NCBI RefSeq assembly: GCF_006345805.1
Contig: NC_042997.1
Location: 187,798,001-187,862,000, forward strand
Reading direction: 5' to 3'
DNA from: Octopus sinensis
Taxonomy: Eukaryota
DNA: 64,000 nt
This document shows positions 13,555 through 26,686 of the stretch, piece by piece (within the stretch, counting starts at the first letter, position 1; each line of letters begins with the position of its first letter). The position numbers were made by a program, and so were the translations under genes. The notes under the pieces are model-generated. The model was not told where the DNA came from. It was given only the letters and a program-made list of their open reading frames with translations, and made no database searches.

Positions 13555-14010
13555 CTATCTCTCCAAGAAAGAAATGGAATAGGTAAAACACAGGCTGCAA
13601 ATATTTCATAGAAAAAAATGCTTGTATAAATTGTAACATACACAGAACCAGCTTAACTTATAGGTAATAGGACCTGAAATTTAGCTAAGTTAGTTCTGTG
13701 TAACAAGCGTTGCTTTGCTACGAAACGTTTGCAGTCCATGTTTTTACCTGTTTCAATCCTTGCTTTCCTGGATTTTTATCTACATTTTTAGGAAGTTTAG
13801 GTGCTAAAGCATGAGTTCAGCTTATTGAAATTTCTTTTGATTTCAATATGGGACAAAGTGTGTAACTTACAATGTTAGTATAATGTTAGTATATAATTGT
13901 TTTATCATATATTGTCTACCTTTTGTCATCTATACTAGCCGCATAAATGCTTGAAGCATACTAACTTCCTACACTTGGATCCCTGGATTGTACATCCCTA
14001 TTCCTATATA

Positions 14011-16125
14011 ATCATCATCATCATCATTTAATGCATGTTTTCCATGCCTGCATGGGTTGGATGGTTCGATGAGGTCTGGGAAGCCAGGAGGCTGCACCAG
14101 GCTTCAGTCTGATCTGGCAGTGTTTCTACAGCTGGATGTCCTACCTAATGCCAACCACTCCGAGAGTGTAGTGGGTGCCTTTTTATGTGCCACCGGCACA
14201 GGGGCCAGAGGGGACTGGCATCAACCATGATCAGATAGTGCTTTTTATGTACCACCGGCATGGAAACCAGTCAAGGCAGAGCTGGCATCAACCACTTTCG
14301 GATGGTGCTTTTTGCATGCTACTGACACAGGGATCACAACTACAATTTCTATTTGATTGTGATTTGATCTCATTTTGATGTACCAGATAGGTCTCCTCAA
14401 GTAGGAGAGTCAATAGGTCTCCTGAAGTACGGCATGCCGCCCTACAATCCATTTGAGTGGGCTGGTTATGCAACACTGGTGTAGGTTACAGTTTTGAACT
14501 CACTTTATTTGCCGGGTCTTCTCAGTCACAGCATATCTCCAGAGGTCTTGGGGTTTTGTCCTTGCTACTGTGAGGTCTCCCTCTACCCAATTCCTTCAAC
14601 TGTTTGGGAGTGGCACTTCTTCACACAGCTCTCCTCATCCATCCACAGTACATGACCATACCAATGCAAACGTCTCTCTTGCACACCACATCTGATACTT
14701 CTTATGTCCAACATTTCTCTCAGGGTGCTTACACTCTGTCGTGTGTGCACACTGACACTACACAGCCAGCAGATCATGCTAGCTTCATTTCTTTCGAGCC
14801 TACACATGTCTTCAGCAGTCACGGTCCAATGGCAGTTTGCACACATGCATCGTACAATCTACCTTTCACTTTGAGCAAGAGGCCCTTTGTCACCAGTAGG
14901 GGTAGAAGCTTTCTGAACTTTGCCTAGGCTATTCTTATTCCAGTGGTAACACTCTCTGAGCATCCACCCCCACTACAGACTTGGTCACCTAGGTAGTGGA
15001 AGCTATCAACTACTTCTAGTTTCTCCCCGTGGCATGTTATGGAATCTGTTTTCTGAGCATCTGTGGTGTTTATTGCCCTTGTGCATCTGCCGCACATGAA
15101 AGCTATCTTCCTAGTTAATCTTCCTTTGATGTTGCTGTACCTCTTATGTGTCCATAGCTTCTACCTACACCTTTTCTACAGATCGAGCAGGGCCACCTAC
15201 CTGAAGGGGCTCTCCTCCTCCCATTCGTTCTCCACATTCAGCAGTCTTTCATAATGGCTTCTCCAAGCCTCTTTCTTTTCCAAATCATTAAAAGCAAGGG
15301 CACCATCATCCATGCGGACACATTTTTCTCCTGTGACATCACAATTTTCTCTCACACACTGTCTTGCAATCTGAAATATTTCGGTTCTTTGGTCCTCATG
15401 TCGCTGGACATTGGCAAACTTCTTTTCTGCTTCGCCCTTGGCTATGTATACCTGTCACCCAGCCTCCCTTCTGACTATCTGGTACAGTTCCCTATTACCC
15501 CCACCCTTCCAGGCCTGTTTCTCTGCTGTAATGGCTTTGTCTACCATATTATTCCACCACCACGTTACTCTAGGTCTGGAAGGGACTTTGCATCATCCAC
15601 AGACTTGGTCTGTGCACTCAGTAAGCTGTCCCATAGGAATTTCCAGCTACCTTCTATGTCCGAGGTCTGTAGCTCCTCCTCCCTCTCATCAAATATCTTG
15701 ATGAGATGTCCCTAAATCTCTGACCATGTGAAGGGTTCTTTAGCTTCCAAATCCTTCTTTTCTGGATTGGTCTGCTTCTTAGCATCCTTCTGGCCTCGAG
15801 TCTAAAGTCATTAATGACTAGTCTATGCTGGTAGGGGGGGTTACATTCTTCACTCGGGAGGGTCTTTGTATTTAAGAGCAACCCTGTGTCCCGCTGTCTG
15901 GTGAGGATGAAATCAATCTGTCTGGTGAGGATGAAATCAATCTGGCTTGCAGAGTCACCTGATTGATAGGTTATCAGGTGGCTGCCTGGCTTCCTAAAGT
16001 TAGTGTTGCAGATTAAAAGGTTACATGCATCACAGAACTCCAGTAGCCTAGTTCCTTCATCGTTTCGGGAACCAATACCATGGCCCCCGTGTACACCAGT
16101 GAAGATACCTGACTGCCATTCCAAA
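14011..16125 (-). mobile_element. RTE-clade LINE, 5'-truncated, RT core deleted, (TGA)n tail
   Basis: APE endonuclease C-terminus (GVHGGHGIGSRNDEGTRLLEFC...TYQSGDSASQIDFIL...HRLVINDF); linker WWWNN..VDKAI; PHD-like finger (CSICRKGVG..WTHKR..FMCGRC); LEVVDSFHYLGD; C-terminal RRLHWYGHV; (ATC)n tail at 14011-14027. Multiple stops and frameshifts. Confidence 0.92.
15894..15941. repeat. In-frame 24-bp tandem duplication within the RTE endonuclease
   Basis: CTGTCTGGTGAGGATGAAATCAAT x2, giving QIDFILTRQIDFILTRQ. Confidence 0.95.
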
Positions 16126-16269
16126 GCCAAATTGATTGGCAAAGCAATCTTTGTTTTTAAAGTGATTTAATTCATAAAGGTTTTCTTTTTAAATTAGTTT
16201 ACATATGAAATTTTACTTTACATGATAGTAAATCAATAGAGTTAGAAAAGTAGAGCTGAAGTGAAGCTA

Positions 16270-17064
16270 CGAGGTGGTATCAAAAAGTTCCCAGACTAGT
16301 TCTGTAGAGCACCAACAAATGGCAGCACACAGATGCATGAGCAGTGAGAGCTAGCAGTGACCTTCATAAGGCAGTGTGCCAAGTGACATCACTGTGTTTA
16401 CTTCACAAGTTGCGAAATTTGTGTTTTTGTGATAACGTGTATGCTATTTTGTAGTCTTCAATTTTGTCATGGACATAAACAAAGAGCCAATGTGAAATTT
16501 TACAGCAGCAAGGCAAAGGGTCATGCACAATGTTTTGAGAGGCACAAGTGCTTCAAAAGTGGAAGAATGTCCCTGGAAGACAATGAGCAGTCTGGAAGAT
16601 CTGCCTCAAGCATCACACCTACTGTGACATTTTGAGGCATTTGAGGGAGGACATTCAGCGAAAGTGACTGAATCTGTGGCAGGCAAAGGATTGGATTCTT
16701 CACAACGACAATACATCCTATCAATGAGCTCTCCTTACTCATGATTTTCATTCCAAAAACAACATGGTATTACTTCCATACATGGCCTATTCACCAGATT
16801 TAGCACCTGCTGACTTTCATCTCTTCCCCAGGATAAAAATGCAGTTCAGAGGTTGCTATTTTAACAATGTTGTCAAGATCCAGAGTGAATCACAGAAGGT
16901 CCTCAAATTACTTATGGAAAATGAGTTCCAGGACAGATTCCAATGTTGAGATTGGTGTTATGCAGCACATGGTAACTATTTTGAAGGAGATGATGTTAAA
17001 TCTTGAGTAAATAAGTTATTTTTTATTAAACATAACTGGTCTGGGACCTTTTGATACCACCTCA
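16270..17064 (+). mobile_element. mariner (DD34D) transposon, internally deleted
   Basis: TIRs CGAGGTGGTATCAAAAAGTTCCCAGACTAGT / ACTGGTCTGGGACCTTTTGATACCACCTCA with TA on both sides. Remnant ORF has QRANVKF, LEDNEQSGR and LHND-(34 aa)-YSPDLAPAD. Confidence 0.95.
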
Positions 17065-19535
17065 TATGATATCCTTATTAAGTCAATGTCTGAAAACTTA
17101 AACTTTTTAAACACAGAACTCACAATAACATTACCAGCAGCTTTATATTTTCATAGACTAAGCTTATAAAACAGAAATATTTCTTCAATAAAATAAACCT
17201 TTAATGATAAGTAGAAATCAGTTCAATTTAAAAAAAATTAAAATCTGCTATAATAATATAGGACAGTTTAAAATTGTAGAGAAAGTAATCAATCATTTGT
17301 AGTTTAGACCATCATGTGTACACTCACATCTGCAAGTTACAAAATCTCAGATTGTCGAGAAAAGAAAATTTCATGATACTCATGCCTTTGTCAATAGAAG
17401 TAAAATTACCCATAATTCAAATTAGAGCTTCACAAAAAAATTTGTATCTAAACGAAGCACATTTTATTTGCTAGGAATTACTGACTGTGAAATCCTATTC
17501 ATATGATATTATGTAGAGAGGAAAAAACATTATTTTTGGATATTTATTATATCTGAAATTGTTTTGTGTATATGTGCAAAATTATAATTTGTCTTTTGTT
17601 AAATATATAAATCAATTAGATAAATTGTAATTTTGAAGGATTATCTTTTTAATTGATTATATGCGTAATTTATACTTGATGACTCATTCATAACAAAGCA
17701 TTGACCACTACCCGGAAAAGGTCTGGCCAAGAACCAATAACAATTAATAACAGCCTCATGACTATGTTTCAACTAAACAGGAGATAGGAAGAGGGACTGT
17801 GAAATATTTATGAATGTATTCAGGAACATAAGGATATGGTTCTACTAGTTTACTTCTCATCAATTTATTTTAAAGTAAAAAGGAAATCAGACACAGAGCA
17901 TAAAATGCTAGACTATTAAATGACAGACTGAAACAATCCACAACAGCTAAATCTTACATCTGAAATTCTGATCTAATTCTGAATGAAATCAAAATATCTA
18001 TTGCATCACATTCATACTGCATGTAGGTGTCTATGTATGTGAACATGTTGGTGTACATATGTTATAGCAATTAGCATTATAAACAATACAGATTACAGAA
18101 ATTGCACTAGCACTAAACCTGATTAATGCTGTAATGGGTGACTTTCAGAAATTCCCATCTGGATTCTAATTGGGTGTTAATCTTCCATAGATTATACAAC
18201 TGTAGTAGTATTCCATGTGCTATCATATGGACAATTGCAAAACAATTACAGCAATATGTCATTGACAAAAGGAAAACACAACACTCACAAAACACATACT
18301 TATATCACTCTTTAGTGGCATGAAACAGATAAATCAATGAAAGTTTACAAAATTTTCCGTTAGGCTAATATGAACTGACTAATTACAGGGATTAAAATGG
18401 AAATAAGAATATTTTTTTAAATGAAAATTTCTGCATACAGTTTCTAAAGTGGGAATAATTTATAAAGTTTTTTGTTTTTTTAACTGCAACTGTAATTAAC
18501 TAATTACATTATATCAGCTACATAGTGTCAGCTGACTGTCATCCATTAACATCATTATCACCATTGATTTGTTGTTTACTTTTTATATACCTGTCTCATC
18601 CATGTTTGTCAAGGTCGGCTGATATTTGTGTGAGATGAGACTGAATTCAGAGTAACATTGTTTGGAATGAATGACAAGACAGGAAATAGGCTGAAATAGA
18701 ATAGTGGTTCAGTAGTTTGAATAGAATTGGCCAGTCATGGATAGGCAAGTTGTTTGTGTTAGAGGTCTTAGTTTTCTGCAGTTTAACTTAGTGAATTCGT
18801 TTGGGATGTGCTGTATGGTTGGTGTATATTGTACTGGGAAATAAGGGCTGGTTCACTGAGCCTGCAGCTGGCCTAGCTGGTTGGCAGCTGGCCACAAGTA
18901 GCAACTGGAACAGAATTACTCACCTTTTCATAATTATAAAAAAAGAAAAAATATAAATAAGTTCTGTACGTGTGTTAGTATTAACATGTGTAACTTTATA
19001 TGTGTGTTTATAGATATTTTAAAGGTTTGTATATGTGTATATTGCTAGTATCTGCCTGCTCATATCATGCATTTGTGTGCATGGTTTTGTATTTTCTCAT
19101 ATATTTTTTGTAACAAAAGATTTTTTTCTATATTCAACAATTTACAATAATATGAAGTAGAATTCTTAAAAAAATATAACTGTCCTTGCACCTAGACAGT
19201 GTTTAGAATGGAGTGACAAGATGACTAATGAAAAGCAAAGTTTTTGTCAATTAAAGATGGCTATACCATCATGGTCAGGATAGGTCTGTAATTTTGTATT
19301 TTTTCAGTGCATCTTGCTCATTAAGATCTGATCAAACAATTTTTTCTCTTCGGTTATTTTTTCTTCTTTGGGTCTCCTCTACTAATTAATGTATTATAAA
19401 TATCCTTTTCACTTCTAGTAGCATTAAATGAAAGATAGTTAAATCTTCTCCTGGCTAGAACACTAGTCTATTGCAGCTAGCTTTCTCTATAGAAGGATCA
19501 AACTTGGTACTGCAAGTGAAGAACAAATCACTCAC

Positions 19536-19667
19536 CAAGGCCACAGCATATCTAGTTAAAGCTTGACCTATAGCCACACAGAACACCAGTGACAAAATAG
19601 TAAACATCAGCCTCTTGTTTGATAATATTATCAATGCAGTCAGTCCTCTACACTTTCAATAGCCTTA
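19536..19667 (-). other. Candidate exon (minus strand) with ATG and signal-peptide-like MFTILSLVFCVAIGQALTRYAVAL
   Basis: Acceptor CCTTGTTTCAG, donor TTG|GTGAGT; ATG-initiated frame open to the donor (19607-19536). No homology recognised. Confidence 0.25.
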
Positions 19668-22600
19668 CTGAAACAAGGCATTTGTTTTATAAAACTATGT
19701 TGAAAGTATACCACTATCAAACTGGGTGATATTTTCAGTAGACAAAGTTCAAGTCTAGTGTTTCAGTTTCAATCTGGAACCAATTCAATTAGATCCCTAA
19801 ATTTCAAAGATTACCCCAAATGATCTGAAGATTTATATCTATGTAAAAAAAAATAAATCATTATTTTCTAATATTAATTGTACTTATTATATACTATAGT
19901 TTAATGTTATCATAACAGAAAGTATATGTGCCAATCTAGTTTATAAAAATATAATTGGTCAACAAGTTTAAATAGATCAAGTTAAATCTAGTTTATAATG
20001 TTTAACTCCTGCCAGACCAGGCATTCAATAACAAGTAAGCTATTTACAATATCCAATTACCATATGAATTGTACAGAAAAATAGGATAATTTGAAACTGG
20101 AAACTTAATGGCTTGAACACTGAGATTTTGTGGGGGAAAATCCATAAAATAAACTATTTTAAAATGCTTGAGAAAAAGTAATTATTAAATTATTTTTAAT
20201 AGTGACAAGCCAGGCAGCAATTGTGAGGCATTACAAATGTACATTACCAGAAGATAAATAATGGGGGAAGTGAGAAAAGCATAACTTACATGTTAATCAA
20301 CATATTCATGAAATCTCTTTGGGGGCATTCTAGCATCAATAATCTCAATATTAAAAATTTGTTTGTTTATTTTGTCTAATATTTTACAGAATACCCTTAA
20401 ACTAAGATGGACACCGGTATTATTGTGTGGTGTCAAGGACAATTCTGTCAAAACTATAACACTATCTGCTTGCTATTGTGTTCAGCATTCTGAGTCATGG
20501 CCAACACAGAATCATGGATATGATATTCCCAAAGGGATGAGAGAATGAGCTGATGAAAATGGTGCAGCTATGTGGATGATGTGTTCGTTCTATCGAAGTA
20601 TGCATGGCAATATTATGACAAATACAGTTACAGCCAGCTTTCTTTTGTTTAGTAATATTTTATTTTCTCTTGAGATATGAGAGGCTTCACAGCAAATTGA
20701 TTCTATTGTCATGTCACTTGCCTATTGCATATTAACAAATGATATTGGGATATCTTTTGAAATCTTTAAACATTTATCAATCTTTCAAGAAATATTTCCT
20801 ATTTGTGATTATAGAGAAAGTGTGTGTATGGATTTTTAAAGGATTCTTGTAATCAGATTTGTTAAACAAAAAAAAGTAATGCTATCTCAATTATTACTAA
20901 ACTATTTTGTGATTATTATAATTGTAAGTAATACTATTACAATCTTAATTATACTGGTGAATTTTAAGTAATGTGCTACAGTTTTTATAATATTTTATTT
21001 TTGTGTGAGCTGAAAACATAAGAATGGCTCTAAAAGCAATAAATTCTCACTACTATATCTGTTAAGAAAGTACCAAGTTTCAAATTCCATTTGTTTATGT
21101 ATTTTTAATATATGCAATAGAATTAAATCTATAAAGTGAATATCAACTCTATATGCTTAACATTAAAATGATTGACATTATATTAAGTTTATGCATTCTT
21201 CACTACAAATTAGTAGAAATTTATATAACTTACAAAGATACTAAACTCATGTTATTCATTAAAGGAAACAAGATAATTACTGATTTTGAAAATCTTATGA
21301 CATTTCAACAACATAAATAGCATCCTGTCTAAAATCCTGACAATTGTACCAAGTAAAATTTTAATTTATAGTACTTTAAAATACTAAAATTCAAAGTCTA
21401 TTTGTTGGTGTGTTCTGCAATTTTAGCAAAAACAACCCATTGTGGCAATAAAATGTTTTGACAATTATACTATTTAACACAAGCCCTTTTGTCTGAAATA
21501 AATTTTATTTCATTTCTGGGCCTGGAATTCTAACAATTGAAAAATGTTGTTAATTATTGTATCAACATGGTAAAGTAATTTTCAGCCATCCATGAACTAG
21601 AGACAACTCATCATGTCAACATACATTCTCATTCACCAACAACTATACAAACATATTGATGGAAAAAACAGAAGGGGAGAAATTACTTCATTTTAATCCA
21701 ATTCCTGTCTTTGAGACAGACTGACAGACACAGCAACTCATTTTTGTTTCCACTATTGGTAATGTTTTTTTTTTTCTTTGTTCATAAAAAATGATGGTGC
21801 TTCTTCATTTCCAAGGGGCCTTATGAAAGTGAAAATATTTATTTTGTCAGTAGATGTTTCCAGGTCAAAAAGTGCAAGTCTTATTTATGAGAAAAGGAAG
21901 GATGGGGAGGAAGTGAAAGTGTTTTATGGGCTATTATTTTAATGCTTGACATGACATACACCCAACAATGCATGAGCTCAATGGGTTGTACATGAAATAG
22001 TTTTCCTAGGAAAAATGTTTTTGCAATGACAATTTCTTATGACAAACTCTCTTGCTACCTCCATAGTTATTCATCAGCTTGATGCAGGTTCTCTCTAAGC
22101 TTTACATCCTCATCACAACTAGAACAAACTCATATACAAGGAAAAAAATCCATATCTTTTGAAGAAATTATTTGTTTTTTGTATTTGCTTTTAATCGTTC
22201 TAACTCTTCAATTAACCTAAATTCAATACCTAAGTAGTTAATAGCCATGCTTTTCTCATATTAATTAGAATTTAATAAATATATTTGGATACAGCTTCAA
22301 TCATGACAACATGACATTGGATGCTTTAAGTATCCATCCAACACTTTCAAGTTCAGTTTTATTTTCATTCCTTAATAATTTCATTTTGTAGAAAACAACT
22401 CCCAATTTCTGACTTGGAAACGCTTTACTTTTTGACAAATTAAATATTTCACTTTCTTGGAGCCCTGGAAATAAAGAAGCACTGAAATGTCTTATTTTCA
22501 GTAATACTAGCTTTAATATATAAATGTTTTAACAGTGGTGTTACATTATATTAACTGCCATAATTTCATATGAATTTTATATACATTAAATTATTGGTAC

Positions 22601-22772
22601 ATTTGCACAATATGAACTCCGCCTTTTTCTATTAATATTTTCTATTATATGGAGAAAATTACTCTTTTTTTTTTTTTAAGTAGTCTTCATACTTACCATT
22701 TCAGAGTATAGTATACAACCAGTACTAACATTTTCATTGTCTTTTTTTCCAAAACATTTTAAACCTTTTTAG

Positions 22773-22835
22773 ATGTGTTAAACAAAGAAAATAATAATAT
22801 TGCTCAGAAAAATTCAGTTTCTAGTTATGGTTACG
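22773..22835 (+). CDS. Candidate 63-nt phase-1 exon (xVLNKENNNIAQKNSVSSYGY) of an unidentified gene
   Basis: Perfect branch point TACTAAC (22723-22729), then an AG-free pyrimidine tract, TTTAG acceptor and G|GTAAGT donor; only one frame is open. Confidence 0.5.
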
Positions 22836-23187
22836 GTAAGTGTTTATGGTTAAGATTTATAGTAAGAGCTAGATTTCAGGGATGGGGGAAATATATTTTT
22901 TGGAACCACAATCATAATCTACAATGTTTAAAATACAGAAAAATGAAAACATATTCTAAATAAATTTTTAAATTGCAGAAAGGAAGATGTTGTCTATTGT
23001 ATAGCAACATGCATTTATAGGGAGGGAGGGAGGGAGTGAGTGAGTGAGTGAGTATAAATTATACTGGCTGCATTGTCATGGCTGGAATGGCATTGTGATA
23101 TTGTGATGTTCATTTTAGAATAGATACAGGAAGGTGGGTGCTTTTTGCAAAACTCTGTAATATATATTGTGTGTGTGTGTGTTTATA

Positions 23188-24428
23188 GAGGGTACAATGG
23201 GTAAATTGTCACCATTTTATATTTTTAATTTCACATTGTTTGTTTTTGATTTTGTTGACTACATAGTATAGTAGGGTCAGTTGGGCACCATCTGTGAGAA
23301 AACAACAACATGATGCAATTCACTCTGCCAGAAATTTGGAAATGACATGCTGTAGTGCTTGGCATTTGTGCCAGGAACTCCAGTACGAACAGATGATGAA
23401 CACACAGAACAACCATTGGCTTGCCATGTCCCCAAAACATGTAGTGAGAGTGATAAAAAAAAAACATCCAGTCAACATCATGGTGTTTGGAATGATCACT
23501 CGTGATGGTGATGTTATGCCTCCATTCATCTTCCCACATGGCTTCAGACTCAACACAAAGGCCTACATCAAGTGTCTGTAGGAGGTAGTGCTGCCCTGGG
23601 TCAAGAGAGTGGCTTCTGGAAGACCCTATGGTGATCTGGAAGACCCGTGGTGATCTCATCCTCGCCCACAACATCATAAGCGGAAAGTGTAACCTCTCGA
23701 AAGAGCTGTTCTTCACTCCTGCTCCAGAGCGTCGGCTGCGGGGTCATTCCGAAAAGCTCTACCTGCGACGATTTCATCTCAATCGAAGGAGAGGAGCTTT
23801 CTCCGTCCGGGTTGCGGATCCGTGGAACAAGCTGCCAGACGAGATGGTGAAGATGCCGACGACCACTTTGTTCAAAGCCTCCCTGGACCTCAAGTGGCCT
23901 GAACTCTTTACATGAACACCACCCTGTACTTAACTCCATGTCCCCCTACATGGCCTTGCTATTTGCTTTTGAGCCAAATTAACTAACTAACTAACTAACT
24001 ATGTCTGGCAACAGGACTCTGCACCATGCCACACAAGCAGGAGAACCTAGTCATGGCTGTCAAACAATTTCTGCAATCACATCACCCCTAACATCTGGCC
24101 ACCTAACTCCCCAGACTGCAACTCCTTGGTTATTATGTGTGGGGCACAGTTGAGTGAGTGACCAACAAAACTCCTTGTAACACCAAAGATGAACTGAAGG
24201 CAAGCATTACAGCAACATTTACTAACTTAAACAAGGAGACTGTCCAGAAGAGCTGCAAGAGATTCTGAAGTCGTTTGGAGATTGTGGTTGAAGCCAATGG
24301 CAATTTTATTGAATAAATTTACTCTTTAGTATTTCCATATATTTTAATGTAATTTTGGTAAATAAATCTGTTAAAATGAGATGTCAGTATTATTTTCATT
24401 TCTGCATAATTTAGCAGACACTGTACCC
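23188..24428 (+). mobile_element. maT (DD37D, Tc1/mariner superfamily) transposon remnant
   Basis: KHPVNIMVFGMITRDGDVMPPFIFPHG...EVVLPWVKRVASGRPY|VWQQDSAPCHT...WPPNSPDCN; 37 residues from the second Asp to the expected PLD position (now frameshifted). Degenerate TIRs (TAGAGGGTACAATGGGTAAATT / AATTTAGCAGACACTGTACCCTA). Confidence 0.88.
23631..23998 (+). mobile_element. Young 5'-truncated CR1-type LINE 3' fragment nested in the maT
   Basis: Uninterrupted 95-codon frame ending RGHSEKL..RRGAFSVRVADPWNKLPDEMV..FKASLD; short 3'UTR; (TAAC)n tail; TSD CTATG (23626-23630, 23999-24003). Removing it restores GRPYVWQQD. Confidence 0.92.
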
Positions 24429-24519
24429 TATATATATATATATATTAAAAGTATACAGACCATTTTGTCATGGTTGGGGTGACAGCACTGATTTTGTTTT
24501 ATTTTTTCCTCTTTTACAG

Positions 24520-24537
24520 TGAATCAATTATTGATGT
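24520..24537 (+). CDS. Candidate 18-nt microexon
   Basis: CTGAT branch-like motif, long T-rich tract, TTTTACAG acceptor, T|GTGAGT donor; length divisible by 3; frame VNQLLM is compatible with the 22773 exon. Confidence 0.45.
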
Positions 24538-26313
24538 GTGAGTAATATTTTAAGAATTAAAAACAAAACATGTATGTCAGAAATGATATACACATTATAC
24601 TCAAAAATATAAAATTTATGCAGAGTAACAATGATTCTTATTCAAAAGATTGTCCATCAACTGTATTTTATATTTTTGGGACAATGCTGGGTATACTTCT
24701 AGTGCTAACATTTATTACCTAAGTTACATAGAGAATTAATTTATCAAAATATTTGCTTTGTCCAGACACCAGATATGTTTAGTCTGACTCATTAGCAACA
24801 AAACAACAAATATCCCTAAAATATTAGCTATTGTGTGGTCAGGCAAGCTGTAATGCAGTGTTGTATTAGCTACCTCTCATTGCTAAGGGATATAACCCAA
24901 TCCCCTACCCAATCAATAATTTCCAAACAATAAATATATATCATCATTATTTGGTTCAACTGGGTTTAAAAAAGAAAAAGATTATTACAAACTGTAGCAC
25001 TCTTCAAAGAAAAAAAAAAGTATTTAAAATTACACAAGCAGTGGTGGTGCCCCAGCATGGCTGCGGCCTTCGGGCTAAAACATTTTTAAGGATTTAAGCA
25101 AATATGAATACATAAATATATTTAATAAGTGTCAACATAATTGTGTAGACCAGAAGTTTATTTTACAATCACGTGGTTCTTATCTTGATCACTGTGCTTG
25201 TGTCTTCTACTATAAGCTCAATCATGTTGAGCTGCTTAGAGCCTCATGAATGGAATTTTGTAGAGTGAAATATGCAGAAGCCTGTTGCATGTGTGCGTGT
25301 GTGTGTGTGTGTGTTGTGTACCTACTTTTCCCATGCTGCTATGGGTCGGACACAAGTTTTAGTAAGGTAGTATTTTATGACCAGATACCTTTCTTATTGC
25401 CAACCCTTAACAGATTTTCAAGTAAGGTATTTATATTCTGTTTCTCTTTGCACTTTGAAACTGACGAAGCTACCACAAGATGTATTGTTTACAGATGTTA
25501 ATTTAACATCACGGTTGCTCCAACAGTGTTAAATGTGAAGATACATGGAAATAAACATTCACACACACACAATAGGCTTCTGTAGCGTTTTTGCCAAGGT
25601 GCCACACAGTGTGAAGGAACCTAAAATCAGGTGGTTAGAAAGTGAAATGTATACCAACACACCTATGTCTGTGCTCATGCCTCATGCTCACACACACACA
25701 CACCCCTACACATATGCACACACATGCATGCATGTTTGCATGTAGCAGACTGAAATAATTACTGGGGTTCAACACTCGAAGGCAGTGCACCAGAATGGCT
25801 GCAAGAAAATAAGCAAAAAATATAGCATGTTCCGATTGAATGATGAGAAGCAGCTTTACATTGTGTGTATGTGTATGACTGTGTTATACAATAAGGTTTC
25901 CCAAGTACAGATTTACATTCAAAATAGGTGACAAATTAACTAATTTTAAGAATTTATTGATCATTTCTGCATTCTCAATTGAAGTCATTATATAGATTCA
26001 GTCCTGGTTAGCTTTAATTACTACCAACAAATTTTTTTTTAATTATGAAACCAGTTTACAATTAATCTTTTCATTGCTATATTTCTATTGAAATAAGCTG
26101 CCTTTGAGTCAATTAATTTTGAAAACAACAAAAAATTTAGTAAAATAGTTCAGAGCAAGTTCAACTGTTTATGGCATGAACTCTAAGTAGTAGGAGTACA
26201 CATAAAAAAACACCTTTACAAAGTAAAGGTTAAGTTTATTCCTATAAGGCTTATTATACCACAAAAGCAACTTAAATTATTTAAATTAGAATGTATAAGT
26301 CAACATCTGATTT

Positions 26314-26686
26314 TGGTTGTATGATAAGAAGCTTGCTTCCCAACCACATGGTTCTGGGTTCAGTCCCTCTGTGTGGCACATTGGGCAAGTGTCTTCCACT
26401 ATAGCCTTGAGCTAACCAAAGCCTTGTGAGTGGATTTGGTGGACAGAAACTGAAAAGAAACCTGTCATATATATATATATGTGTGTGTGAGTGTGTGTAT
26501 GTATGTGTATTTGTGTCTGTTTGTCCCCACCACCACCACCACCACCCATAACTTGGTGGTTCAGCAAAAGAGACCGATAGAATAAGTATCAGGCTTACAA
26601 AGAATAAATCCTGGGGTTGATTTCTTTGACTCAAAGGCAATTTTCCAGCTTGGTCGCAGTCAAATGACTGAAACAAGTAAAAGAAT
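26314..26686 (+). mobile_element. SINE family 2, CpG-decayed
   Basis: AAGAAGCTTGCTTCCCAACCACATGGTTCTGGGTTCAGTCCC...CAGTCAAATGACTGAAACAAGTAAAAG; many CpGs present in the 59.8 kb copy appear here as TG/CA. Confidence 0.9.

Noticed and set aside
15254-15715. 153-aa + strand ORF and other + strand ORFs at 14.6-15.7 kb
   Set aside because: Antisense shadows of the RTE LINE ORF2.
20390-20597. Exon-like segment (strong TTTTACAG acceptor) with in-frame TGA codons read as selenocysteine (..GMRE-TGA-ADE.. or ..LCG-TGA-C..)
   Set aside because: No recognisable selenoprotein context and no SECIS identified; additional stops occur in the alternative frame. Likely non-coding or a false acceptor.
23231-23939. 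161-aa and 112-aa minus-strand ORFs
   Set aside because: Antisense to the maT transposase and the CR1 fragment.
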